Origin: Octopus sinensis
Taxonomy: Eukaryota
DNA length: 64,000 nt
Assembly: GCF_006345805.1 (NCBI RefSeq)
Contig: NC_043009.1
Span: forward strand, 63,922,001-63,986,000
Reading direction: 5' to 3'
This document shows, piece by piece, positions 1 to 14,501 of this stretch. The translations under genes and the position numbers were made by a program. The first letter of the stretch is position 1. Every line of letters starts with the position of its first letter. The notes below the pieces were generated by a model. It was not told the origin of the DNA. It ran no database searches and saw nothing but the letters and a program-made list of their open reading frames with translations.

Positions 1-1069
1 AGTGGTAAAGAGAGGGAGAGGCAGAGGTAAGAGGGGAAAGAGAAAGAAAGAGAGGTGAGGGGTTAAACGCTTGGTGAACAAACAAAAAGATAAAACCTAC
101 AAATAAACAAACCCACCCCACAGCCCCTGTGGCGGGGGTGGTGGGGGTGGAGTGGGAAGTTACAAAGGTAAATGTGTTTTTCTCCTGAAAAGGTATTCAT
201 TGTTTATTTTAAGGTTCGACTGTCAGACATTGATATTAATTATATTAAGAGGATTAGATGAGAGTAATTAGCATTAGCTAATCCTCTCACCTCATCTCAC
301 CTGTAGTTCTTCTGAGTCAGACAAACGTCTTATTAATGGAATTTTCAGGGGTAAGTTTATCTTACAGCTCCCTTGAACTCTGTGTGTATCATATAATTAA
401 CTACAGGCTATATATACATACATGCATGTATATATCTATATATATATATATATATATATATATCAAAAGGATGTGTTATAATACTTATTCCACAGCCATA
501 CCAACAATCCAACACATACGTCTATCATCGGCTGTCCAACGGATATCATTACAGTTTCGACACCTGAGCAGTACCATTCAATCCGGTGGTGTCAAGATAT
601 ATATATGTATGTATGTATGCGTGTATGCATGTATGCATGTATGTATGTATGTATATATAATATATATATATATACATATATGTATAATATATATAGAGAG
701 AGGGGGAGGGGGAGGAAGAATAAATGGAAATAATGGGTTATATACATATATTTGTTTATTATAGGCTTACAGCTGTTTCAGATATGCGTTTGGGTGTGTT
801 CATGGTTCTATTTTATCAATTGATCGACTGATTGATTAAATATAAAGAGAATCACCCTCACAATAATATCCTTGTTAAGGCCAAAGAAATATATAATATT
901 TATATGGCTGGATGCTTTTCCTGTCAACAACATTCACCTGTTTCCAAGCAGCATAACGTTTCTCCATAACCAAACATGTTTTCATGTTAAGTTCATAAAC
1001 AATAGACACTGCTTGTATGACAGGGACTCTTGTTTACAACTATCATGCAACGTCAAGAAAAGGACACAC

Positions 1070-1485
1070 AACCACTCGGCTACTCATCCACACAGCCACT
1101 CAGCCACACAGCCACTTAGCCACACAGCCACTCAGTCACTCAGCTACTCAGTCACACAGCCACATAACCACTTGTCCAGACAGCCACTCGGCCACTCAGC
1201 CACACAGCCACTCGGCCACTCAGCTACTCAGCCACTCAGCCACTCAGCCACACCACCACTCAGCCACTCAGCCACTCAGCCACTCAGCCACTCAGCCACA
1301 CAGCCACTCAGCCACACAGCCGCTCAGCCACTCAGCCACACAGCGGCTCAGCCACACAGCCACACCACCACTCAGCCACTCAGCCACACAGCAGCTCAGC
1401 CACACAGCCACACCACCACTCAGCCACTCAGCTACTCAGCCACTCAGCCACTCAGCCACTCAGCCACTCAGCCACACAGCCACAC
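1070..1485 (+). repeat. Octamer minisatellite (CAGCCACT/CAGCCACA)n
   Basis: About 50 degenerate units; source of the HSATQPLS pseudo-ORFs. Confidence 0.95.
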
Positions 1486-2222
1486 CTGCACCAAAAGTAT
1501 ATTTTAATTAAGTAAAACCAAGAAAGATATTTCTTAGCCTTGAATAATATGCCAATTGCTTTTGACTTTTTAAAGATATTATGATATTTCAGTATTTTAG
1601 ATATTGAGGAAGAGAATTAGAAAAGTTACCGGACTGTTTGGCAGAGAGCTTTGTGGTATTTATTCTGGCTCTCTACCCAAATGCCGCAAAGGTCAACATT
1701 TACTTTCATTCTTTCTCAGTCTATAAAACAAAATGTTAGTCAAAGATGGTGGATTGATAATATTATTGGAACCACACAGGAGATACTTTCTGGTATTTAT
1801 CTTAATTCTTTGTGTTCTGACAAAAACAACAACAACAACAACAACAACTATGACAACACCAGTGCCAAGTGGTATGAGCCCTGTCTTTTTCTTTCTTTTT
1901 TCAGTGGTTTGGAGAAAGAGAGAGCACAGCCAATCCAGCCGATCCAGCTAATCCAGCCATCTGTGATCCAACACAGTCACAAGAGACACAGAGATAGGAG
2001 GGAGGATATGGCTAGTCAGAGTTATACCAGTAATTCTTTGGTCCTTATTTTACAAACCATGGCAGATTAAAGACTAAAGTTAACTGCAATGGAATTTGAA
2101 CTCAGGATGTGGATCAGTGGATCCCAAAAGGGGTCTAAATGGCCCTTAGGAGGCCATGTAAGATTTTGTTGCTAACATTTATTTTCAATAAATTGTTTAT
2201 ATTTTTATAATACAAAAAATAT

Positions 2223-2449
2223 TTTACCCTTTCGTTACTGTATTTATTTTGAGATGCTCTGTGTTTCTTTCAATTAATTTTAAATATAACTAAGAATTTA
2301 GTAAAATAACTTAGTTATTAAGATAGCGTTAGGAACATAAATTGTGACTAAAATTTGGTGGAAGATTTTAATTCAAAACTTAAGAAAACAAGACATTTCT
2401 ATTACAGAGCCAGAGGCAGTTTCAGCTGGGTTGGTATCAAAAGGGTTAA
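2223..2449. mobile_element. piggyBac-like MITE, family 1, copy 1
   Basis: TTTA-CCCTTTCGTTAC...GTATCAAAAGGG-TTAA; about 225 bp. Confidence 0.75.
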
Positions 2450-2472
2450 GAATGGTTTCTCTAGTATATATT

Positions 2473-2700
2473 TTAACTCTTTTGTTACCATATTTCTGTT
2501 GAGATGCTCTGTGTTTCTTTCAATTACTTAAAATATAACAAAGAATTTAGTAAAATAACTCTGTTATCATTAAGCTAGTGTTAGGAACATAAATTGTGAC
2601 TAAGTTTTGGTGGAAGATTTTAATTCAAAACTTATGAAAACAAGACATTTGTACTCAGAGCCAGAGTCGGTTTCAGCCGGGTTGGTAACAAAAGGGTTAA
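2473..2700. mobile_element. piggyBac-like MITE, family 1, copy 2
   Basis: TTAA-CTCTTTTGTTACC...GGTAACAAAAGGG-TTAA; a third, more decayed copy at 23372-23596. Confidence 0.8.
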
Positions 2701-3845
2701 ACAATTTTTTTGCCATTCAATCCCTAATAATATTTAATTCTGCAAATAAAATAGGACTTTTTAAGCATTGAATAGCAGTGGGGGAATCTATCTGAGTCAT
2801 GTAAGAATTGAAGGGGTCCATGTGCAAAATATGACTGAAAAACCCTGATGTAAAGGAATGAAATAAAATGCCTGAAGGCATTGAGTTATTTTATACCAAC
2901 ACTCTATTAAATCTGTCTCTTTTACTCTCATTTGATCTATCACTCAACTGAATCAGTCATCTATCACCTTAACTAATTCAGATGAATACCCTTTGATAGT
3001 TATGTACCATATTTTGGACATATTCCTTTGCTGGCATCAACATATTGAAGCTTCAATGTCTTGTAGGTGACTGTCTAGACACCCATAACATTATCCACCA
3101 CAAGATTATCCACCACCACTGATTTTGGTCGCCTTTTTTAATTCAATACCTTCACCACTAGTGGAAAGGCTTATAAAATCAAATAACAGAACAGTACCCC
3201 ATGGCTTTCAGAAATATTTTTTTTGGCTCAGAATTGTTAATGCATGGAATAAACTACCACTGTCCATGGTTAACTGTTGAGATACTGCATCCTTCAAAAA
3301 TCCTTTGTTTCCAAAAATTGCACAAGTAATCACCAACTAGGCACAGGCATGACTGTGTGGTTAAAATGTTTGCTTTCCAACCATGTGGTTTCAGGTTCAA
3401 TTCCACCGTGTGGTACCTTTGGCGAGTGGTACCTTTGGATTCGGTCGGCAAAAACTGTTATATATATGGGTGTGTGGGTGTGTGTATGAATATATGTATG
3501 TGTTTGTGTGTGATGTGCTTATACTCCTCCACATTGCTTGATGACTGGTGTCAGTTTGTTTATGTCCCCATAACTTACCAGTTCCAGAAAAGGGGTCAAT
3601 AGAATTAGTACTAGACTTAGTTGATTTGTTTGACTACACCCTTCAAGGGGTCACCCCCAACATGACTGCAGTCCAATAACTGAAACAAGTAAAAGATGTA
3701 AGATGAAAGATGAAAGACAGTGTCTCGTCTTTCCTAAACTTCACTGCTGTATTATATTCTTCATTACATCTTCGTTTCATTTGCACATTATTGTATCATA
3801 ATCTTCAGTTCACACAGTTTCATTACATAAATAGCAACACTGTAA

Positions 3846-4366
3846 TATTGGGTTGTCCGGAAAGTTCGTGCCGATTTATAGTAGCTTACCTTTCGACTTA
3901 TTTTAGAACATGGTTGAGTCCGTAAAATAAGATTGGACTACACCTCCATTTGGAGCACAGTTTAAGCTATCTTTTCGTGGAAGAAGGTTTATGTTCCTAT
4001 AGCCTGTGTTAATTTTGTAACCCTTTAAAACGGAAGATAAGAAAGTTCATTTTCAGCACTTGATGCTTTGGGAACCAGACAAAAATTGCTGCAGCTCGGA
4101 TTTCCACTTATTCAGGTCTCTGCAGAATAGTCTTAATGGTAAAAAATTTCAATTCCTTGAATGACATAAAAAGATACCTTGATGAATTCTTTGCCATGAA
4201 ACCACCTCAATTCTGGGAAGAGAGTATTTTCAAGTTAAAGGAGAGATGGAGATGCATTGTGCAACAAAATGGTCTATATTTGGTTGATTAAAAATGTAAT
4301 GGCAAGTATTTATTGACCTTTTTCTTTCCTTTGAAAATCGGCAGGAACTTTCTGGACAACCCAATA
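3846..4366 (+). mobile_element. Internally deleted mariner (non-autonomous)
   Basis: About 30-bp TIRs TTGGGTTGTCCGGAAAGTTCGTGCCGATTT with TA duplications; transposase N-terminus (EDKKVHFQHLMLW) fused to C-terminus (DFHLFRSLQNSL...LKERWRCIVQQNG). Confidence 0.9.
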
Positions 4367-5517
4367 GAAACTAACTAACTGGTGCTCCATCGGTTACAAC
4401 AACATGGGTTCAAATTGATCAGATCAACAGAACAACCTGCTCATGAAATTAATGTGTAAGTGGCTGAGTATTCCGCAGACACACATTCCCTTAATGTAGT
4501 TCTCCAAGAGGTTCAGCATGGTACAGAATGTGAAAAGGCTTTGAATTACAGGTACAACTTATTTTTGCCAGGTGAGTTGACTGGAGCAATGTGGAGTAAA
4601 GTGTCTTGCTCAAGGACACAATGCAATTTTATGATTGTGAGTCGAATACCCTGATCACTAAACCATGCACCTTCACACTGTAATATAACCTCTCGTTAAA
4701 ACAAGGATAAAGACAGATCCACGTGGGAGCCTTTATTGTGTTGTGCAGGTGAGAAGGAGCCCCTGTGCAGCCATTCAATCTACTAAGTGGGATGTCTTTG
4801 GTCATAAGTCTGCTGGTTCATGGGGCCAAGTTAGGACTTACCAGCAACAACAACAACAACAATGATTCTAACTATAATACTAATACTAATACTATAAGTG
4901 GGTGTAGAAAATATTGGTTTCAAATTTTGGCACAAGGCCCGCAATTTCAAGGTATGGGTAAAATGAATTGCATCGACCCCAGTAGTCAACTGGTACTTAT
5001 TTTATAGACCTCTAAAGGAGGAAAGTCAAAGTCGCCCTCAGTGGAATTTGAACTCAGAATGTAAAGACAGATAAAATGCGACTTAGTATTTTGCCAGGTG
5101 TCCTAACGGTTCTGCCAGCTCGCTTGCCCTTAAGTTAACCTGGGTGACCTTTGAACTTACAATGCAATGAATGAGTCTGAAGAATTTCCACCAAGCATTT
5201 TGCCCAACGTGCTAACGAGGCTGCCAGCTTCTTCCCCACCCACCTGGGTGGGGAAAATATTAGCAATTCATTAGGGAAAGCCTCTCCACCGTTAAAAAGG
5301 GAGACAGACAGCTTTGGGAACATTCTTTATGGGAGTCTGCGTTTAGTAACTATGGCAACAATCCTCGCGAAATATCAGAAGGGGGAGAGGAGGGTGTGGT
5401 CGGACAATGGAGACGTTTTGCTGATGTAAGCAGAATAGATGACTACATCACTGGCTACGGACGTGTGACGTGAGTGGATAAATAGATGCTGGGGGAAGAT
5501 GCAGGGAAGATATGTCA

Positions 5518-5552
<35 letters not shown>

Positions 5553-5731
5553 CAGAGGGTTGTTGTGACAGGGGAAGATCATCAAGGAAGGGTCAAATGG
5601 GTTAAGGCTTCCATTCAAAATAAGGGGCCGGCTGGAATGAGGACATTCTGTATTGTAAACCCCTTCCTGGTCATGAGTAACACGGTGAAATAAAATGATG
5701 CGACTAAGGTGATCATCATCATCATCAATAC

Positions 5732-5781
<50 letters not shown>

Positions 5782-6199
5782 ATACCATCATCATCATCAT
5801 CACAATCACCACCACCATCAACATCATCATTGCTAGCATCGTCTTCATCATTGTCATCATGATAATGATGGTGATGACAGTGAGGACAACAACAACGATG
5901 ACAATGATGAGAATGAAATGGCACTGGTGGTGACGACAGAGGCGGTGGGGTGGCAGCAACAGCTTTGATGACGATGGTGAGAGGGAGGATAACGAGGATG
6001 TTGTAGATGGCCATGCTATTGATGAAATCATTAAAAGACATGATTCCTCATCGATAAAATGGATTTAAATGGGAAGATTTGGGAGCATGTGCATACAGAG
6101 AATTGCTACATAATACATACATATATACATACATAATATGTGTGTGTATATATGTGTGTGTATGTATATATATATATATATATATATATAATCGAAATC

Positions 6200-6808
<609 letters not shown>

Positions 6809-6999
6809 TGTATGTATGCATGTATGTATGTATGTATGTATGTATTGACATGTACATCTCTGAATATATGTATGTGTGGAACAAGCCCGTTGTAGTTCAG
6901 GCTTCTGCCACTAGAAGCCACTTGATGTGATCCTCAGGCATCAGTCTGCTAACTGGCTGTGGTCTGTCAAGTTATACTGCTATGTGGTTTATCTTTGTT

Positions 7000-7748
7000 T
7001 TGCAGTACTTCTCCCCTGTTGTGATTTTTTACAATGGCAGAAACAAAGGAACAGCATGCTTTTTTGATATTCTGTTTTCTGCTGGGGAAAACAGCAGCCA
7101 AAACAGTTGTCATGTTTCAAACAGCTTAGAAGGACAATGCCATGAGCAAAACACAAGTTTATGAGAGGTTTTCATGCTTTAGGAATGGTCACTTGTCACT
7201 TGAAGACCAACCTTGTTCAAGGTGACCATCAACCTCCTAAATGAATGAAAACATCAGGAAAATTCATGAACTGATCTTGAAGGAACATTGCCAAACAATT
7301 GGCAAACTTGTTGATATGACTGGTGTATCCTGGGGCTTGTGCTAAGGAATTTTGAGTGAGGAATTGCAAATGAAAAGAGTTGCAGCAAAATGTTGTGCCT
7401 CACTTGCTCACGGAAGAACAAAAGCAGTCACGTCTGAATGTGTGTCGTGAATTGAAAGAAGAGTTGCAAGTTGATCTGGACCTTTTTTTCGAAGGTCATC
7501 ATTGGTGGTGAAAGCTGGTGCTATGGAATTTGCAAATGTGGAAGATGTGAAGGAAAAAACAATGGAGGCGTTAAAAGGCATCACTTCACAAGAGTTCCAG
7601 GACTGCTTCAAACAGTAGAAAACGCATCTGAACCAATGCATTGCTTCAAATGGCGAATACTTTCAAGGCAATAAAAGTGTAAACAAGTAAAACTAAGTGA
7701 ATAATATAATACTGCAAAATTCCGGTTTCGTTTGGGTACCCCCTCGTA
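7000..7748 (+). mobile_element. Decayed mariner remnant
   Basis: Degenerate transposase HTH and C-terminal sequence; right end GGGTACCCCCTCGTA; left end not recognised. Confidence 0.6.
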
Positions 7749-8218
7749 GATACATGCAGATACACACAGAACCAAGCATATATAAAAAGAGCACTCAACT
7801 CATTGACCTAAAGAAAATCACCGACAAACTCGAACATGCTAAAGCTTTTGCTCCACAGACATGCTGTGTGTCATCCCTCTGCTTTTTCTACCACTACTAT
7901 TACAGCTTCTGCTCCTTTCATGTCATCTCCACACACAGGTATTTTTTAGTTACTCATCTTTTCCCATTTCATCAGCCATATTGTGACTATCTCTACGGAA
8001 TTCACTCCTGCTACTAAATCCAGTCTTTCTGCCCCAGGATGTTGTCCCACTGGAATTTTATCTCTCAGAACAAATTTTTCTTTTCCTTTTGCCAATTTTT
8101 AACAATTCAAGTTGGATGTTGGTACTACTGATTGCATGGAAGTCTTTGAGGATCCTCAAAGGTCCTAGACACAGCCTTCTTTTCCTTCAAATCAAACCAA
8201 TAATTGCACATACATGTG

Positions 8219-8268
<50 letters not shown>

Positions 8269-8409
8269 AGGTATTGGTATCTAGAAGACCCAAAGAGTGT
8301 CAGGTAACACCAAGTAAGTGCTATGGACAGACCGTAGTTAAACTCTTGGCTCAATAATGATACGAGTGAGGGGTCTAATGTGGGTCATGTATTAGCATGC
8401 CTATATATA

Positions 8410-8592
8410 TATATATATTAGACAGAATGAGCTAAGACAACCAAGGCTGTGAGGAGTTTTCAGGGCATTTATAAGGAAATAGGACATTTATAAATAAGGA
8501 CATCTGTAAGGGAACATTATAAAGAACTTCCTCATAAATGTCCTGAAAACTCCTCATAGCCTTGCCTTTGTTATCCTATTCTCTCTAATATA
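8410..8592. mobile_element. MITE with about 65-bp imperfect TIRs in a (TA)n tract
   Basis: CAAGGCTGTGAGGAGTTTTCAGGGCATTTAT versus ATAAATGTCCTGAAAACTCCTCATAGCCTTG; internal GGACATTTAT subrepeats. Confidence 0.7.
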
Positions 8593-8959
8593 TATGTGTG
8601 TGTGTATGTGTGTGGGTGGGTGTGCACACACACACATACACACACATATATTCTTTTATTGTTACTTGTTTCAGTCATTTGATGGTGGCCATGCTGGAGC
8701 ACTGCCTTGTTATATATTCACACACATCTGTAAAAAGCGCGATCTAGATATATACATGTGTGTGTGTGTGTAGACAAATTAATTTACATTTACATGGAAC
8801 ATAAAAAAATACAGAATAGTAGGGGGAGAATGCATAGTTTCTTAACTCAACAGCTGTTTCTAGAAGTCCGGGCATATGTATATGTATATATGCATAGTAT
8901 GTGTGTATGTGTGTGCATGTATATGTTTATGTATGTATGTATGTATGTATGTATGTATG

Positions 8960-8990
<31 letters not shown>

Positions 8991-9419
8991 CATCATGATC
9001 ATCATTTAACATCCATGTTCCATTCTGGTATGTGTTGAACTTACAACCCTAAGCATAAGTATTACTCAAACCTAAGCCAAGAAACTTTAAAGCATTTCTG
9101 GATGTGATATAACTTCAGCCTGACATTAATCCTTGTTTCTCATTGTTTATGATTAGATTCGAAAACAAATTAAAACCAGATTATATCATTATATTGCAAA
9201 AACGGGATTAGCAGAAAGAAATTTTGCTATCTTCGGTTGGTAGGCAGCACTCGCTGACAGACACAGAATATATACATACTACACATACATGCATACATGC
9301 ATATATATATATACACACACATACACACACACACATGTATATATAAAATTATATAAAATGTGTTTGTTTGCTTTTATGTATGTGTGTGTGTGTGAGTGTG
9401 TAAATAAATAGACAGGAAG

Positions 9420-9458
9420 ACAAATAGATAGATAGATAGATATATAGATATATAGACT

Positions 9459-9504
<46 letters not shown>

Positions 9505-9533
9505 CAAATAGATAGATAGATAGATAGATAGAT

Positions 9534-9573
<40 letters not shown>

Positions 9574-9607
9574 GTGGATGGATGGATGGATGGATGGATG
9601 AAGGGAT

Positions 9608-9658
<51 letters not shown>

Positions 9659-9665
9659 TAGGTAG
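9420..9665 (+). repeat. Compound (GATA)n/(GGAT)n/(GA)n/(GACA)n microsatellite
   Basis: Direct reading; similar (GATA)n block at about 12545-12845. Confidence 0.95.
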
Positions 9666-10384
9666 CTACATAGATAAACCCAAATAATTCTTCATTTACA
9701 TGAGAATTTGTTGGATGGTTTTGATTAAAAAATACCTCCCTGGGTCTAATTAGGATGAATCCTGTGGAGTAAGTACATGTTTCACACTTATGTTATGTAT
9801 ATATTATGTGTGTGCATGTACATATCACATGCCTCTGTGTATATATCTAAGGATGTAAGCATGCGTGTATGCATATATGACTGTATGTGAGTGTGTGTAT
9901 GAGTGTGTGTGTGTGTGTATTATGTAACGACTGGAAAATAGATTATAGTAGATTGCCTTCATCAGCTGTAAATAAAAGATGACAATGATTTTGGCACCAT
10001 CCGGAAATATCCCCCTTTCCTACCTCACGTACACGGCATCCCTGATGTTGTTGCATAATATTTCTATATTGCCACCCATAACAAACTATCTCTCATTTTC
10101 ACCATCTCTCTCCCTCTCCATATTGTAATCTTTTTATCTTGCTCCTTCTATATCTCTCATTTCTTCTTCTCTCTCCATCTCTCCATCTCTCCTTTTCTTT
10201 ATCTCTCCATCTCACCTTTTCTTTATCTCTCCATCTCTTTCTGTCTCTCCTTCCGTTCATCTTTCTTTCCTTTCAACTCTCCATCACTTCATCTTTTCAA
10301 ATCTCTGTCTTTCTATCTCTCCATTTTCCTACTGCCCAAAGGACTGGCTGTATTTATTCTACCTATGCCAACTATCTCATCTTA

Positions 10385-10541
10385 TGCATACATACATTAT
10401 ATATACATACATACATATATATATATACACACACACATACAGACATACATATGTACATACATGCATACATACATACATACATACATATATGAATACAAAC
10501 ATACAAACATGCATACATACATACACACATACACACATACA

Positions 10542-10574
<33 letters not shown>

Positions 10575-11520
10575 GAATACATACATACATACATACATAC
10601 ATACAAACATACAAACATGCATACATGCATACATACATACATACATACATACAAACATACAAACATGCATACATACATACATACATACATACATACATAC
10701 ATACATACATACATACATACATACATACATACATACATGCATAGTGAATCCAAACAAAGAAGAACAAACAAGAAAAAACAATAGTGGGAGGACATGGTAT
10801 TGTATTATCAGACACTCAGGAAAGGAAGGAAAGAGGATTTAACATTTTGAGCAAAGCTCTTCTTCAGAAATAGAGGATATAGGTATATATATCAAAGTAT
10901 ATACATACATATGTTTGTGTGTGTGTGTATGTGTGTATATGTGTGATACTGAAAGGTGTGTGTGTGTGTGTGTGTGTAGCACAAAGGAAGAGGGATTTGG
11001 AATCTGAGCAGGTATCATATTAGTTTATTACTTGATTAATGAAAATGATACTGTAATAAACAAATCTTGAATATATATAATTCTTTATGCTGTCTTGTAT
11101 ATATATATATATATATATATAGATAGATAGATAGGTAGATAGAGAGAGAGAAACAGACAGACAGAGACAGACAAATAGAGAGAGAGATACATATATATAT
11201 GCATGCATACATATATACATAAAAACATACATAGATGCATACATACATAAACTCACACATACATGCACACACACATACATACATATACATACATACATAC
11301 ATACATACATGTATACATACATACATATATATACATACATACATACATACATACATACATGTATACATACATATATATACATACATACATATATATATAC
11401 ATACATACATACATACATACTACATACATACATACATACATACATACATACACACATACATACATAAGTACATACATACATTCATACATTCATACATTAA
11501 TACTTACATACAGGCATACA
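10385..11520. repeat. (TACA)n-dominated microsatellite blocks
   Basis: Direct reading; further blocks near 12100-12320, 13320-13650, 17395-17670. Confidence 0.9.
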
Positions 11521-11826
11521 TGCAATTATTATTCTATTAGAGTTAGTTTTCCCAGAGTATGTGGTGACCCTGCTCGGCAGAGAGTTGAACTCTTGAACTG
11601 CGGACTGAGGTGACGTCAAAATAAACTGCCGTGTCCCAGAAGCTCAACAAACAACATACCCTTCAGTGTAATATGAACTGGGAAATAGTGAGGTAGATGT
11701 GTTCAACAACTTTATCCAAACAGCCATTATTTTTCCCCCTCGGTATTATACAGAGTACATTATACAAGTACATTGAGACCCCCTAATAGGGGGCTAAGTA
11801 TTAGACTAGACATCAACAGCTCATAC

Positions 11827-11877
11827 CTTTTATCTGGTCCTTGCCTTTGATTTGCCTTCCTTTCAAATATACATTAA
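11827..11877 (-). other. Candidate 51-nt exon of an unidentified minus-strand transcript
   Basis: Strong acceptor TATGTCTTCGTTTTATGTCAG and donor AAG|GTATGA; open frame NVYLKGRQIKGKDQIK; no homology recognised. Confidence 0.3.
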
Positions 11878-11923
11878 CTGACATAAAACGAAGACATAAA
11901 TAATACATAGGTGTGTATATACA

Positions 11924-11960
<37 letters not shown>

Positions 11961-12504
11961 ATATATAGTGTATGTAAATTGGACAGTAAAAATATCGGTA
12001 GTGTCTGAGCAGCCCCTAATCCTCTAATCCTCTTAACTTGTTCATGTCTGTGATGTAGTGGTGAATACTTTTTTATAACCTGGTAGATTGAGTTTATTCT
12101 TTGTATGTATGTAAATATATATGAATGTATGTATGTATGTATGTATGTATATATATATATATGTGTGTGTGTACGTATGTATGTACACTCACATACACCC
12201 ACACACACACATACACATATGTATGCATGTATGTATGTATGTATGTATATGTGTGTGTGAATATATATATATATATATAATATATATATATATACACACA
12301 CCCATATGTATGTATGTAAGTATATGAGTGTCGGTGGTTAGAATGCATGCAGAGAATATGTGTGTGTGTCTATATCTAGTGGGTGTATATTGAGGTATGT
12401 TTAATACAAGGCGTAAAGTTGTGACAAAAGAATAAAGAATAAAGAGAACATGTGCTTGAATGACAATTCGTACACACACACACATGTATGTATGTATATG
12501 TATA

Positions 12505-12604
<100 letters not shown>

Positions 12605-12635
12605 CAGATAGATAGATGGATAAATAGATAGATAG

Positions 12636-12695
<60 letters not shown>

Positions 12696-12756
12696 GAGAT
12701 AGAGAGATAGAGAGATAGATAGATGGATATAGATAGACAGATAGATAGATGGATAA

Positions 12757-12843
<87 letters not shown>

Positions 12844-12930
12844 TATGCATGTGTGTGTGTTCGAGATACATTGTTGTCAGCCTGTAGGCTTAACTTGGCA
12901 AGGTGCTTTCCATACATATATATATCATAC

Positions 12931-12982
<52 letters not shown>

Positions 12983-13066
12983 ATATATATCATGTACTCC
13001 TCAAACCACAGCTTGCACCAGAGTTAAAAGATGCTCCTCCAGTTGGTGTGACATGTACCCTGGTAA

Positions 13067-13099
<33 letters not shown>

Positions 13100-13306
13100 G
13101 TGGTGAACTGGCAGAACTGTTAGCACGCCGGGCAAAGTGCTTAGTGTCGTTTTGTTTGTCTTTGCATTCTGAGTTCAAATTCCACCGAGGTCAGCTTTGC
13201 CTGTCATCCTTTTGCTGCAGGTAAGATAAGTACCAGTCATATACTGGGGGTCGATGTAATCGACTTACCTCAATCCTGAAACTGTTTGTGCCAAAATTTG
13301 AAACTA

Positions 13307-13338
<32 letters not shown>

Positions 13339-14271
13339 ATGTGTGTACACTATACATACCCACACATACATACACACATGCATACACACACACACATACA
13401 CACATGCATATATACATACATGCATACATACATACATACATACATACATACATACATACATACTACATACACACAAACATACATACATACACACATACAC
13501 ACACACATACATACATACATACATACATACAAACATACATACATACATACATACTCACACACAGATATACATACATACATGCATACATACCTATAATGAT
13601 GATATTGATGTATGTGTGTGTATATATGTGTGTGTGTATGTGTGTATGTATATATATATATAAATGCATAGAAAGACACCCACATACACATAAACAGAAC
13701 CTAATGAATTCTGTTTGCCAAGCTCAATTCTAAGTTGAACTCTTGGAACATTCCTAGATTTTGGCACCATTGTAGAACAATACAAAAGTCAAATGTTTGT
13801 AGCAAGAATTAGCATTTCCAGCATATTTTATATTTTCACCAAATTTACCAAATATAATAACATTGGAATAAAGTATGTTTTGTGCTCAGTTTTGAGTCAA
13901 AGAATAAAGAGAAAATATTTATATTTATTTCCAACTAAAATTAGAACTTCTCTCTTGTAATATTCAAGAATGGTATCATACATTTGGTGATGGAAGCATT
14001 ATTGTAAATAACCATAAAAGACATCAGTAAGAATCATTAAAAAAAATGTAAACTCGCTGAGTTTCAAACCTTGCTTTAGCTTTGTAGTTAAATATAGTTG
14101 CTCTAACTATATTGATTAAGAATTGACTATTTTGGTTAAGAAATTCTGCTTTTTTTTTTGATCAATTTTTTTTTTAAAAGATGAAAAACTATGTATGAAG
14201 TTTCTTAAAGTACAGAAATGGATTTTGAAGATCAAACTACCAGACTTGTACAATCATCAGAGTAAGGTATT

Positions 14272-14501
14272 TTAACCCTTTAGTGTTCACATTATTCTGC
14301 CAAAATTAATCCTTTTTTATCCACATTGTCTTGAACTAATCATGCATTTATCTTGTAGCTATGAGATTTTGATGAGGTAGCTGTTAATTTTTAAAATGAT
14401 ATTGTGGGGCTGGTGTGAGAGACCAGATATGGCCAGTTTGAACATAAAACAGGGGAGAATATTTTGGCCGGATATGGCCGGTTTAAATGCTAAAGGGTTA
14501 A
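14272..14501. mobile_element. piggyBac-like MITE, family 2
   Basis: TTAA-CCCTTTAG...CTAAAGGG-TTAA; reverse-oriented copy at 40036-40259; partial copies near 37100-37210 and 43935-44175. Confidence 0.8.

Noticed and set aside
5448-6041. 197-aa Asp/His-rich ORF and overlapping poly-Met or poly-Ile ORFs
   Set aside because: Derived from (CAT)n repeats; no splice or homology support.
9157-11598. Plus-strand exon pair reading IRKQIKTRLYHYIAKTGLAERNFAIF-ELVFPEYVVTLLGRELNS
   Set aside because: Needs a weak GTTGGT donor, no homologue is recognised, and it conflicts with stronger minus-strand splice signals nearby; not excluded without RNA data.
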